DNA of 64,000 nt from Actinomycetota bacterium (GCA_009886035.1 VFJN01000006.1:2263-66262); one strand, 5' to 3'; positions 18,125-26,786 are shown, counted from the first letter of the stretch. The notes: generated by a model not told the origin, from the letters alone. Made by a program: numbers and translations.

Positions 18125-18981
18125 GCAGCGGCCGCCCAGGGACCGTCTTGTTCCCCGCCCCGGGCTCGGCCCTCGTGCTCGAGTTTGCGAAGGTGAGCCC
18201 ACACGGTGGCGGCCGCCATCGGACGTAACTCTTCGACGATGTGGGTATAGAGCGCTGCCACGATGGCATCCACCGTGGTGGGTGTGCTCCGCTCGAGCAC
18301 CGCGAGAATCTGCGACTCCCGCTCGAGCCGGTGGTGAAGGTACTCGTCGATCTTGGCGAGCGGCTCCCGAATGAGGTGGCCGTGCCCCGGGGCGATCGCG
18401 TGGAGCCGAGGCCGATGGTCCTTGAGCCGCTCAAGGTGCTGGAGATAGACCGCCATGTCGCCATCGGGGGGGCGGATCACCACCGTGGAACCGTTCATGA
18501 TGTGATCGCCGGAGAAGAGCAGGCGTTCCTGCTCGAGGAGGAAGCACAGGTGGTTCGAGGCATGGCCGGGGGTGTGCAGCGCCCGCACCACGAAATCGGC
18601 GGTCTTGATGCGATCGCCGTCGGCGAGGGGCCGGTCGATGGTAAGGCCGTCCCGGCTATCGAACGCCAGTACCTCCGCTCCGGTGCGGTCCTTCAGACCG
18701 GCCACGCCCGGGGCATGGTCCTCGTGGGTGTGGGTGCACACGATCCAACGGATCCGGTCGCCACCGCAGCCAACGATGGCATCGAGATGGGGGTCGTTGG
18801 CGGGGCCAGGGTCGATCACCACGATCTCGTCGATCCCGACGAGGTACGTGTTGGTGCCCGGCCCCGTCATCATCCCGGGGTTGGGGGCCACGATCCGGCG
18901 CACCCGAGGGCTGAGGGTGGTTGGCACCCCAGGCACGAGCGGCGGGTAAACCGGGGGATCGGCCGCGGTGGTATCGGTCAC
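18115..18981 (-). CDS. MBL-fold metallo-hydrolase
   Basis: THTHEDH metal-binding motif. GTGA overlap with the downstream gene's... upstream NUDIX gene stop. Confidence 0.75.
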   Translation of the reverse strand: MTDTTAADPPVYPPLVPGVPTTLSPRVRRIVAPNPGMMTGPGTNTYLVGIDEIVVIDPGPANDPHLDAIVGCGGDRIRWIVCTHTHEDHAPGVAGLKDRTGAEVLAFDSRDGLTIDRPLADGDRIKTADFVVRALHTPGHASNHLCFLLEQERLLFSGDHIMNGSTVVIRPPDGDMAVYLQHLERLKDHRPRLHAIAPGHGHLIREPLAKIDEYLHHRLERESQILAVLERSTPTTVDAIVAALYTHIVEELRPMAAATVWAHLRKLEHEGRARGGEQDGPWAAAAQG

Positions 18982-19715
18982 GCCACGCCTAGGTTCGCCC
19001 GGGTCGGCGGGATGGGTGGCCTAGCCATCAAGTCGTCGGTGGTGGCGAATCGGCCGATGTCTTCGAGGCAACTGATGGTTGGGAAAATCATGGCGAAGCC
19101 GCCCGCCTCGTGGCGGGCAAGGGCATCAGGGGGGCGCACCCATTCGCTGCTGATGAGCTCCTCGTTGTCGTGCGCGTAGACCTGACCGAGGGGCGCACGG
19201 GCCAGGAAGAACCGGGTGTCGTAACGCTTGGGCGCCCCCTCGGGGGTGATCCAGTGGGCCACGTAGTGCATGTCGCCCAGGTCGAGCACCAGGTCTTCCT
19301 GGTCGAGGATGGCCAGGAGCGACCGCTGCCCGGCGTGCAGAGCCACCCGATGTTCGGCCAACCGCGTCGCCAGGCCAGAGTGGAGGCGCAACCCGGCGCC
19401 GTCGGGATGGCAGGCCAGGAGCACCCCGGCTTCCTCGAAACTCTCGCGCACGGCGGCAATGCAAGAGGCCAGTCCCCCCTGGTGGAGGCCGAGCCGCTCC
19501 GAGGCTCCCTCACCCGACAGGCCTTGAACGCGCGCCGCCAGGGCAGGGTCGTGATCGGCGGCGTCGAGGACCCCCCCGGGAAAGACGTGCACGCTGCCGA
19601 AGGCCGTGCGCGGGTGGCGGCGCAGCATGAAGACCTCCAGGGGGCGCTCGGCGTGGTGACCGTCTCGCACGAGCATCACCGTGGCGCCATCGCGCGTGGG
19701 GACCGGCGGTGTCAT
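18978..19715 (-). CDS. NUDIX hydrolase
   Basis: Nudix-box-like FPGGVL...RESFEEAGVLL. Start taken at ATG 19715, which overlaps the fxsA stop as ATGA. Confidence 0.65.
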   Translation of the reverse strand: MTPPVPTRDGATVMLVRDGHHAERPLEVFMLRRHPRTAFGSVHVFPGGVLDAADHDPALAARVQGLSGEGASERLGLHQGGLASCIAAVRESFEEAGVLLACHPDGAGLRLHSGLATRLAEHRVALHAGQRSLLAILDQEDLVLDLGDMHYVAHWITPEGAPKRYDTRFFLARAPLGQVYAHDNEELISSEWVRPPDALARHEAGGFAMIFPTISCLEDIGRFATTDDLMARPPIPPTRANLGVA

Positions 19716-20185
19716 GGGGTGAGCCGCGGCTGCTCGGGCGGGTCTTCCCAACCCTCCGCATCCATGACGGTGCCAGTGGCGGCATTGGGTTGCCGGCGTC
19801 CATCCACCAACCGGCTCAGGACGCTGTCGCCGGCGGCGATTTGTCGGAGCACAAGGGTGCGCACGGCGGCCCGAGTGGGGGGGAGCAACAGGAGGATAGC
19901 CAGGCCGTCGGAGATGAAGCCCGGGGCGATCAGCAAGGCGCAGGCCAGCAGCACGAGGGCGCCGTCAATGATCTCGACGGAGGGCACACCACCGGATCGC
20001 ACCCGGGTCCTCAGACGGGCCAGCGTGCCGAGACCGGCCATCTTGGCGAACCAGACGCCCAAGAAAGAGATGGCGAGCAACAGCAGGAAGGTTTCGGAGA
20101 TGCCGATGCCTTCGGCCACCCGCACGATCACATACAACTCAATGATGGGTGCCACGAGAAACACCAGCACCAGCACCAGAACCAT
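19712..20185 (-). CDS. fxsA: FxsA family membrane protein
   Basis: N-terminus MVLVLVLVFLVAPIIELYVIVRVAEGIG and overall architecture are typical of FxsA. Confidence 0.75.
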   Translation of the reverse strand: MVLVLVLVFLVAPIIELYVIVRVAEGIGISETFLLLLAISFLGVWFAKMAGLGTLARLRTRVRSGGVPSVEIIDGALVLLACALLIAPGFISDGLAILLLLPPTRAAVRTLVLRQIAAGDSVLSRLVDGRRQPNAATGTVMDAEGWEDPPEQPRLTP

Positions 20186-20243
20186 CTGCTCACCCTACCG
20201 GCGAGGATTTCAGGGGCCCGCCGTTCGGTGCGGCTCGTCAGCG

Positions 20244-20504
20244 CTAGTTCAAGCGGTTGACGGCGTGCTTGCGCTCGGTCTCGCTCAAGCCACCCCAGAT
20301 CCCGTGCGGCTCGCGGATGCGGATGGCGTAATTCAGACACGCCCGCTGCACTGAGCAGGTGGTGCAGATGCCCTTGGCCCGGTTCTCTCGCTCGAGCTTT
20401 TCTTCCTTGCGCTCGAAATGAGGCGGCGGGAAGAAAATTTCGGCTTGCGGCCCCCGACAGGCGGCTTTCATCTGCCACGTATTCTCAACGCTCTGGATGC
20501 TCAC
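20244..20504 (-). CDS. whiB: WhiB-family (Wbl) Fe-S transcription factor
   Basis: Four Cys (C-Xn-C-X2-C-X5-C) and the GIWGG turn. GAGGGGGA SD upstream of GTG 20504; ATG 20471 is an alternative start. Confidence 0.85.
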   Translation of the reverse strand: MSIQSVENTWQMKAACRGPQAEIFFPPPHFERKEEKLERENRAKGICTTCSVQRACLNYAIRIREPHGIWGGLSETERKHAVNRLN

Positions 20505-20526
20505 GTTTCCCCCTCGTCCTTCATCG

Positions 20527-20601
20527 ACCCTATCCCTGGGGTATTTGGGCCATCAAGGGGAAATCTTCGCGAGCATTTCGCCACCTTTCGCGAGCAATTC
20601 G
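20527..20601 (-). promoter_or_regulatory. candidate whiB promoter plus tandem upstream repeat
   Basis: On the minus strand: TTGATG (20551-20556), an 18-nt spacer, then TAGGGT (20527-20532). Just upstream is TTCGCGAGCAwTTCG in two copies 21 bp apart (20566 and 20587). Confidence 0.4.
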
Positions 20602-20698
20602 GTTGGAGGCCGGCGCCGTCAAGCCCGGCCGCCCCGCCCTGTGATCAGGGGGGGCCCGGAACAGCCGAGTCCCCGGCCCAGAAACCTGGTCGCTCCGG

Positions 20699-21994
20699 TT
20701 AGCGCGATCGGTCTGGGTGGGGTTGGTCGTCGGCGCTGAAAGGTTCAACTTCCAGGATCAGACCAGCGATAGCGACCACTCGAATCTCTTGGTTGAGCTC
20801 AATGGGGGTGGCCCGATTCGTGCGCGCCCGCCACGGCGCACTGCGGACCATCACAATCCCATCGGGAGCTATTCGGCTGGCGGCGGCGCCGAGTTCGCCC
20901 ACCATCCACTCCCGACCGATGGTGGGGGTGGAGAACCGGGTGCGAATCATGGCGGGCATGCCGCCAATCATCGCGATGGATACTCCCACCACGGCCACCG
21001 CCATCGTGATCCACGACAGCGAGAGCCCGTCGTAGAGCAGCAGCGAACCGGCGGTGAGACACACCACGCCGATACCACTCCAGAAGCGGGGGACTCCCGT
21101 CTGCACGTCGATCGCGAAGCCGATCATGGCGAAGAGCAGCAATCCGATCCCGACGGGGTTGGTGGGGAGAGCGGCGAGGCCGTAGCAGCCGAGCAAGAGG
21201 CAGCCAGCCCCCACCATGCCGGCCACGCCAACTCCGGCGGTGAACAGTTCGAAGACGATGAGGGCGAGCCCGATCAAAAACAGCAGGTAGGCCACGGGGG
21301 GGCTCGCCACCGTATGGAGGAGTTGGCTCGTGAGGGGCAACTGCGCGAAGCGGGCCTGGGTGACGGGTTCGCGACGTCGGTCGCGTCCCTCACCCACGAC
21401 CTTGGTCTCGAAGCCATCGAGGTCCAAGAGGAAGGCACCGATGGTGGGGGCGGCGTTGTCGGCCACCCCGACGTCGACGGCATCCCCGGCGCTGACCGTG
21501 TCCCCGACGGCCGCCTCTCCCCCAAGACCATCGGGACCGATGAGGGCGGCGGTGATCTCAACCCGGCTGCCGGGGGCTACTCCCACGGTGCGCGCCGCCG
21601 CCAGCAGGGCAGTGGACCCGCCGCGCGCCTCACTCCCCGAGGGGCCAACCCACACATCTACCGGGATGGTGGCGTCCCGGAGGCGAGCCACCAACTGGTC
21701 CAGTTGCGCATCGGACACCACGGCGCCGCCGCTGGTGAGTTGGAGGACGAGGGCGAGGTTGCCGTCGCGCTCGGCTTGGTCGATCTCAGTCGTGATGAAG
21801 TCGACCAGGATTTTGTCGAGGAGGCCACTCACCTCGATGACGGTGACAACACCACGATCAGCCCCCGCCGGTTCGGCATCCTGGGCGCTCGCCGGTTGGG
21901 CAACGAGGCCGATGAGCACCGCAACTTGCACCAGCAAGGCGGCGACCCTGGGTAGCGTCTTCGATCGTGGATCCACTGCGGTTCTTTCAAGCAT
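20699..21994 (-). CDS. nfeD: NfeD-family membrane-bound ClpP-class serine protease
   Basis: Signal peptide, ClpP-like N-terminal domain, multi-TM block and C-terminal OB-like NfeD domain. The start overlaps the divergent gene by 28 nt, so it is uncertain. Confidence 0.75.
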   Translation of the reverse strand: MLERTAVDPRSKTLPRVAALLVQVAVLIGLVAQPASAQDAEPAGADRGVVTVIEVSGLLDKILVDFITTEIDQAERDGNLALVLQLTSGGAVVSDAQLDQLVARLRDATIPVDVWVGPSGSEARGGSTALLAAARTVGVAPGSRVEITAALIGPDGLGGEAAVGDTVSAGDAVDVGVADNAAPTIGAFLLDLDGFETKVVGEGRDRRREPVTQARFAQLPLTSQLLHTVASPPVAYLLFLIGLALIVFELFTAGVGVAGMVGAGCLLLGCYGLAALPTNPVGIGLLLFAMIGFAIDVQTGVPRFWSGIGVVCLTAGSLLLYDGLSLSWITMAVAVVGVSIAMIGGMPAMIRTRFSTPTIGREWMVGELGAAASRIAPDGIVMVRSAPWRARTNRATPIELNQEIRVVAIAGLILEVEPFSADDQPHPDRSR

Positions 21995-22932
21995 CTCGGC
22001 TCATCATCGTGGCCGGGAAGGGCGGCGTGGGCAAAACGGTGGTCAGCGCCGTCCTGGCAAAAGCGGCAGCCCGACTGGGTCTTTCCACGTTGGTGGTGGA
22101 GGTAGAGGGTAAGTCGGGGCTGGCCACGATGTTCGGGCAGTCGGCCCTGGGGTACGACGAAGTGGTGCTCTCCGCCGGCGGTGGCCCCGGCGGGGAGGGC
22201 GAGGTACGGGCCCGCACGCTCACCCCCGACGACGCCCTGGTGGACTACCTCCGCGACCATGGGCTCTCCCGACTCTCCAGCCGGTTGGCGTCCTCTGGCG
22301 CCCTCGACGTGGTGGCCACGGCGGCACCAGGCATCAAGGACATCCTCATCCTCGGGAAGGTGAAGCAGTTGGAACGACAGGGGGCGGTGGACTTGCTCGT
22401 GCTCGACGCGCCGGCGGCCGGGCACGCGGTGACCTTCCTCCAGGCCGCCCGGGCTCTGCTGGACACGGTGAGTGTGGGGCCGATCAACGCCCAAGCCAAG
22501 GAGGTGGCCGCCATGCTCACCGACCATGCCCGCTGCCGGGTCGTGCTGGTCACGCTCCCCGAGGAGACACCCGTAAACGAACTGGTGGATACGGCCTTCA
22601 GCCTGGAGGACCGGGTGGGCGTGGGCCTGGCCCCGGTGGTGGTCAATGGGATCTACGACCCCGTGGCGGGCCTCGGCGGGGTACCGGCCGCGGCCGAGGC
22701 GGCCGGTACCACCATGACGAGCGACGAGGCGGCCTCGCTTTGGGCCGCGGCCGCCTTCCGCCAGGATCGGATGCGGCTGCAGGACGAGCAGTTGATTCGG
22801 CTGGCCGAGCGACTGCCGTTGTCGCAACTCCGGCTGCCGTTCGTCTTCAGAACCGACATCGGGCCGGTGGAGGTTGACCATCTCGCCGACCGACTCCTGG
22901 CCGAAATCGCTGCGCTGCCGGAGCCGGTCTGA
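21967..22932 (+). CDS. ArsA/Get3-like P-loop ATPase, subunit 1
   Basis: Deviant Walker A GKGGVGKT. Paired with the next gene. Confidence 0.8.
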   Translation: MDPLRFFQASRLIIVAGKGGVGKTVVSAVLAKAAARLGLSTLVVEVEGKSGLATMFGQSALGYDEVVLSAGGGPGGEGEVRARTLTPDDALVDYLRDHGLSRLSSRLASSGALDVVATAAPGIKDILILGKVKQLERQGAVDLLVLDAPAAGHAVTFLQAARALLDTVSVGPINAQAKEVAAMLTDHARCRVVLVTLPEETPVNELVDTAFSLEDRVGVGLAPVVVNGIYDPVAGLGGVPAAAEAAGTTMTSDEAASLWAAAAFRQDRMRLQDEQLIRLAERLPLSQLRLPFVFRTDIGPVEVDHLADRLLAEIAALPEPV

Positions 22933-24014
22933 TGGCGCCCGCCGTCTCCCTGAGCGAGTTGCTCCAGCAGCGCCGGATTGTGGTGTGCTGCGGCTCGGGC
23001 GGCGTGGGGAAGACCACCACGGCGGCGGTGTTGGCCCTCAGCGCCGCTCGCGTCGGTCGCCGCGCCGTGGTCGTGACCATCGATCCCGCCAAGCGGCTGG
23101 CCGACGCCCTGGGCCTTGATGGCCTCACGGGCACCCCCATGCGCATCGAGGGCGACTGGCCGGGGGAACTCTCCGCCATGATGCTCGACACCAAGAGCAC
23201 CTTCGATGGTCTGGTGGTGGCCAATGCGTCGAGTGCTGAACAGGGCCAGCGCATTCTCGACAACCGCTTCTACAAGAACATCTCCGAGGCGCTGTCGGGC
23301 ACGCAGGAGTACATGGCGATGGAGAAGTTGTACGAACTTCACCAGCGCACCGACTTCGACCTCATCGTGGTGGATACTCCCCCCACCCGCCATGCCCTCG
23401 ATTTCATCGACGCTCCACGGCGGCTGTCCCGCTTCCTCGATCACCGGCTGTTTCGGGTGGTCATCTCTCCGGGCCGCGGCATGATGCGGGCGGTGAACGT
23501 AGCCGCTCAGACGTTCTTGCGGACGGTGGCCAAGGTGGTGGGCGCGGAGGTGATCGACGACGCCGTGGCGTTCTTTCAGGCCTTCGACGGCATGGAGGAA
23601 GGGTTTCGGGAGCGGGCCGCCGCGGTGGCGGAACTGCTCTCCGATGACGACACCGCCTTTGTGCTGGTGGCCTCGCCGCGTCGCGACACGATTGAGGAAG
23701 CCCGCTACTTTGCCGACAAGCTCGCGGAGGCCGGGATCGCCGTGCGAGCACTGGTGGTTAACCGAATGCATCCGCGCTTCGGCAGTGGGGTGGTCGGCCG
23801 TGCCCAGGAGCAGGCCGACGCCCGGAAAGGCACCGACCTCGGGGGCCTCTACCAGAACCTGGCCGACTTCGAATTGGTGGCCTCTCGTGAAGAAGAACAC
23901 CTCGCCGGTCTGGCCGACGCGGTGCACCCCGCCCCGGTGGTGCGGGTTCCTTTCCTCTCCAGCGACGTGCACGACCTCGATGGGCTGAGCAAGGTGGCCG
24001 AGTACCTGCTCTGA
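22932..24014 (+). CDS. ArsA/Get3-like P-loop ATPase, subunit 2
   Basis: GSGGVGKTT P-loop. Its start overlaps the preceding TGA by 1 nt. Confidence 0.8.
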   Translation: MAPAVSLSELLQQRRIVVCCGSGGVGKTTTAAVLALSAARVGRRAVVVTIDPAKRLADALGLDGLTGTPMRIEGDWPGELSAMMLDTKSTFDGLVVANASSAEQGQRILDNRFYKNISEALSGTQEYMAMEKLYELHQRTDFDLIVVDTPPTRHALDFIDAPRRLSRFLDHRLFRVVISPGRGMMRAVNVAAQTFLRTVAKVVGAEVIDDAVAFFQAFDGMEEGFRERAAAVAELLSDDDTAFVLVASPRRDTIEEARYFADKLAEAGIAVRALVVNRMHPRFGSGVVGRAQEQADARKGTDLGGLYQNLADFELVASREEEHLAGLADAVHPAPVVRVPFLSSDVHDLDGLSKVAEYLL

Positions 24015-24027
24015 GGTGAGGGGGTCC

Positions 24028-24381
24028 TCAGGCGGGCGGGGGTTGGGCTTCGGCGAGGGCATCGGCGGCCTCGCTCACCGTCTCGGTCACCGACACGACG
24101 CGATCGAATCCCGTGGTGTGAAGCAGACGCGTGAGGGTGGGGCGGCTGCAGGCCACCGCCACATCGCCGCCGGCCTCCCGGGCGCGGCGGATGCCACCAA
24201 TGAGCGCGCCGAGGCCGGCGGAATCCATGAAGGGCACCTTCGAGAGGTCGATGAGAAGGTATTTCTCTTCAGCGAGGGATCCGAGGGCTTCCCGAAAGGC
24301 GCTCACCGTGTAGGCGTCGAGCTCTCCGAAGGGGCGACAAAGCGCGTAGCCGGGCTCATGTTCCACCTGGACTTCAAGCAC
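24028..24381 (-). CDS. STAS-domain anti-sigma-factor antagonist
   Basis: STAS motif FMDSAGLGAL. Start chosen at GTG 24381, which has GGGAGG 4 nt upstream and gives 117 aa, a typical size. Confidence 0.7.
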   Translation of the reverse strand: MLEVQVEHEPGYALCRPFGELDAYTVSAFREALGSLAEEKYLLIDLSKVPFMDSAGLGALIGGIRRAREAGGDVAVACSRPTLTRLLHTTGFDRVVSVTETVSEAADALAEAQPPPA

Positions 24382-24489
24382 ACAACCTCCCCCAGGATGC
24401 CCGGGGTGATCGTAGCCGAGTTTCTGCTCAGGTTGGCGGGCCGCCGGCGGGGATGGAGCGTGGAGGCGGCGCACAGGTAGGTTGGAGAG

Positions 24490-24873
24490 ATGCCCCTCGT
24501 TCTGATCGCCACTGATGCCGACGCGGTGTATGCCGAGGTGGATGCGGCCCTCGCCGATGAGACCACCACGGTGGCGCGGGTGCGGGCCGGCACGGAGGTG
24601 GGACCAGCGGTGGCTACCGGGACCCCCGATCTGGTGGTGCTGGATCTCCAGATCGGAAACATGGGGGGTATCGCCACCTGCCTGTATCTGCGTCAGGAGG
24701 CGGAGGAGCAGCGCCTGCCCGCCGTCAAGGTCCTCATGCTGCTTGATCGGGAGGCCGACGTCTTCCTGGCGCGGCGTTCGGGAGCCGATGGATGGCTCGT
24801 CAAGCCGCTCGACGCCTTTGCGTTACGAGCGGCGGCCACCGCGATCCTGGCCGCTACGCCGGCCACGGCTTAG
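24490..24873 (+). CDS. stand-alone response-regulator receiver domain (CheY-like)
   Basis: Canonical residues are present: DLVVLDLQ phospho-Asp context and LVKPL Lys. There is no output domain. Confidence 0.75.
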   Translation: MPLVLIATDADAVYAEVDAALADETTTVARVRAGTEVGPAVATGTPDLVVLDLQIGNMGGIATCLYLRQEAEEQRLPAVKVLMLLDREADVFLARRSGADGWLVKPLDAFALRAAATAILAATPATA

Positions 24874-24912
24874 GAGCGTCCGGGGTCATGCACTAGCGTC
24901 ATTTCTCCCCAC

Positions 24913-24986
24913 CGGGTGGTGGCTCAGCTTGGCAGAGCGCTGCGTTCGGGACGCAGAGGTCGGGAGTTCAAATCTCCCCCACCCGA
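24913..24986 (+). tRNA. tRNA-Pro (anticodon CGG)
   Basis: Hand-folded cloverleaf: acceptor CGGGTGG/CCACCCG, D stem GCTC/GAGC, anticodon stem CTGCG/CGCAG with loop TTCGGGA, T arm GGGAG-TTCAAAT-CTCCC. 74 nt; CCA is not encoded. Confidence 0.9.
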
Positions 24987-25079
24987 CTCAAGTATTCTCT
25001 TTTCGGCGGATCGGTGAGTCTTGGCCCGCCTCCGGCCCCCACCGCTTTTTAGGCCTGTTCTCGAGGAGGGTGGTGGATT

Positions 25080-25445
25080 GTGGGGAGGGCCGACGTAACG
25101 TCCAGTGTGATCTTGGTGGTGGCCGCGCTCGTATCAGGACTCTCGTTTCTGTATTACGGATTCAGGGTGTTGTTTCAGGATGCCGCCAAGGGAGAATTCG
25201 AGCGGTACGGCATGCCCGACGTTCGCCAAGTGGTTGGCCTCTTGGAAGTACTCGGCGGGACAGCAGTCATCCTCGGCCTTGCGTTCGCGCCGCTGGGAGC
25301 TTTCGCCGCGGTCGGGCTCACGACGCTGATGGTCCTCGGGCTGATCGTTCGGGTCAGAATCCACGACCCAGTGCGTCTTATGGTCCCCGCCGCGTTACTC
25401 GGCGCGCTGAATGCCGTTCTAGCCGTGCTCTTTCTCTCGGCTTGA
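25080..25445 (+). CDS. DoxX-like small membrane protein (121 aa)
   Basis: Four predicted TM helices. Clearly paralogous to the next gene (EFERYGMPD.../EFEVYGLSE..., ...RIHDPV.../...KVGDPV...). Confidence 0.6.
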   Translation: MGRADVTSSVILVVAALVSGLSFLYYGFRVLFQDAAKGEFERYGMPDVRQVVGLLEVLGGTAVILGLAFAPLGAFAAVGLTTLMVLGLIVRVRIHDPVRLMVPAALLGALNAVLAVLFLSA

Positions 25446-25453
25446 CCCGTCGG

Positions 25454-25831
25454 TCAGCGGCTCTTGCCGTTGAGTACGGCTGAGATCGAGGCGAGGGAGA
25501 AGACCGACAGGGCGGGTAGGTATTGCTTCACGGGGTCCCCGACCTTGATGTGCATACCGATCGCCCCGACCATGAAAGCGGCGAGGCCAAGCGAGGCGGG
25601 TCGGGTGAGCCGTGGCGCGGCATGCCCCACCAGCATCGCCGTGGCCAGGCCCACCTTTGCTGCGCCAACGGCGTGCATCTGCGTCTCGGAGAGCCCGTAC
25701 ACCTCAAACTCTTCCTTCATGTTGGTGGCGTCACCGCCTCGATAGCCGGTGTCCTTATTGAACCGGACGAACCAGACATCCAAAATCCAAAGAGCGGCCG
25801 CCGTCTGGGCGAGTTTGCCAATTACCTGCAT
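25454..25831 (-). CDS. DoxX-like small membrane protein (125 aa), paralogue of 25080-25445
   Basis: Start at the internal ATG (MQVIGKLAQ...). The N-terminal 44 aa of the listed ORF are Arg/Pro-rich and non-coding-like. Confidence 0.6.
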   Translation of the reverse strand: MQVIGKLAQTAAALWILDVWFVRFNKDTGYRGGDATNMKEEFEVYGLSETQMHAVGAAKVGLATAMLVGHAAPRLTRPASLGLAAFMVGAIGMHIKVGDPVKQYLPALSVFSLASISAVLNGKSR

Positions 25832-25955
25832 GGACCAATTCCTTCCACTAGCGATCAATCTCCTAGGATAGGGGTTGCTTGGCCTTTTGCCGCCGGCCGA
25901 GCGATGAGGATCGATTCGGCCGATGACTCGGTAGCGTTGGCGGGAGACACAAGGA

Positions 25956-26786
25956 ATGTCCAAAACGAAGGAGACCTTAATGCGGGACGCATTCGAGTTA
26001 ACCGCGGGCCAGTTTGACCTTGTCTACAACTCGTTTTCACTCACAATCGCCGCCATGGGCGCATCGCTGTTGTTCTTCCTTCTGGTGCGGGATCGGGTGC
26101 GCCCCGAGCACCGCATGGCCGTCACCATCTCGACGGTTGTGGTGGCGATCGCCCTTTACCATTACCTGCGTATCTTCTCCTCGTGGTCGGACGCCTTCGT
26201 CTACGAAGATGGCACCTTTGTCCAGCGAGGTCGGCCGTTCAACGAGGGGTATCGCTACGTTGACTGGCTGTTGACGGTCCCGCTGCTTCTCGCCGAACTG
26301 ATCATCGTCCTGAAGCTGGCCAAGGCCACCACCCGAAGCCTCATCATCAGGCTCGGCATAGCCGCCGTGGCCATGATTGCGCTCGGGTACCCCGGTGAGA
26401 TTGCGGCTCCAGACTCGGCTACCAGGACGCTGTTCGGCGTCCTCGCCACGATCCCGTTCCTCTACATCCTCTATTTGCTGTTCGTGGAACTTGGCCGTTC
26501 GCTTGACCGCCAGAGCCCGGAGGTGAGCAAGATCGTCCACGGTCTCCGCTTCTTGTTGCTGGCGGTGTGGGGTGTCTACCCCCTTGCCTTCATCGCTCCG
26601 TCGGTGATCAACGACCCCGCCGTGGCCGAGGTCGTTCGACAGGTCGGCTATTCGATCGCCGACATCCTCGCCAAACCGCTCTTTGGCCTGTTCATCCTGG
26701 CCATTGCCCTGATCAAGTCAGCGGACGAATCCGCTAGCGAACCCGGTGGTTCTCAGCGCAACTCCGAGGAGCGGGCGCAGGCCTGA
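25956..26786 (+). CDS. type-1 microbial rhodopsin, predicted light-driven outward proton pump (proteorhodopsin/xanthorhodopsin-like, DTE motif)
   Basis: Seven TM helices. Helix C RYVDWLLTVPLLLAE (D103/T107/E114). Helix G YSIADILAKPLFG (D236, Schiff-base K240). WxxYP in helix F and the YHY histidine in helix B. An alternative start at ATG 25980 has a better-spaced AAGGAG. Confidence 0.9.
   Translation: MSKTKETLMRDAFELTAGQFDLVYNSFSLTIAAMGASLLFFLLVRDRVRPEHRMAVTISTVVVAIALYHYLRIFSSWSDAFVYEDGTFVQRGRPFNEGYRYVDWLLTVPLLLAELIIVLKLAKATTRSLIIRLGIAAVAMIALGYPGEIAAPDSATRTLFGVLATIPFLYILYLLFVELGRSLDRQSPEVSKIVHGLRFLLLAVWGVYPLAFIAPSVINDPAVAEVVRQVGYSIADILAKPLFGLFILAIALIKSADESASEPGGSQRNSEERAQA

Noticed and set aside
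20602-20698. Possible small RNA (6C-like) between nfeD and the whiB promoter
   Set aside because: The hairpins present (for example CCCTG-ATCA-CAGGG on the minus strand) lack the C-rich loops that define 6C RNA. They are more simply explained as nfeD terminator structures.
22653-24062. 469-aa minus-strand ORF
   Set aside because: Antisense to the second ArsA/Get3-like ATPase. Shadow ORF.
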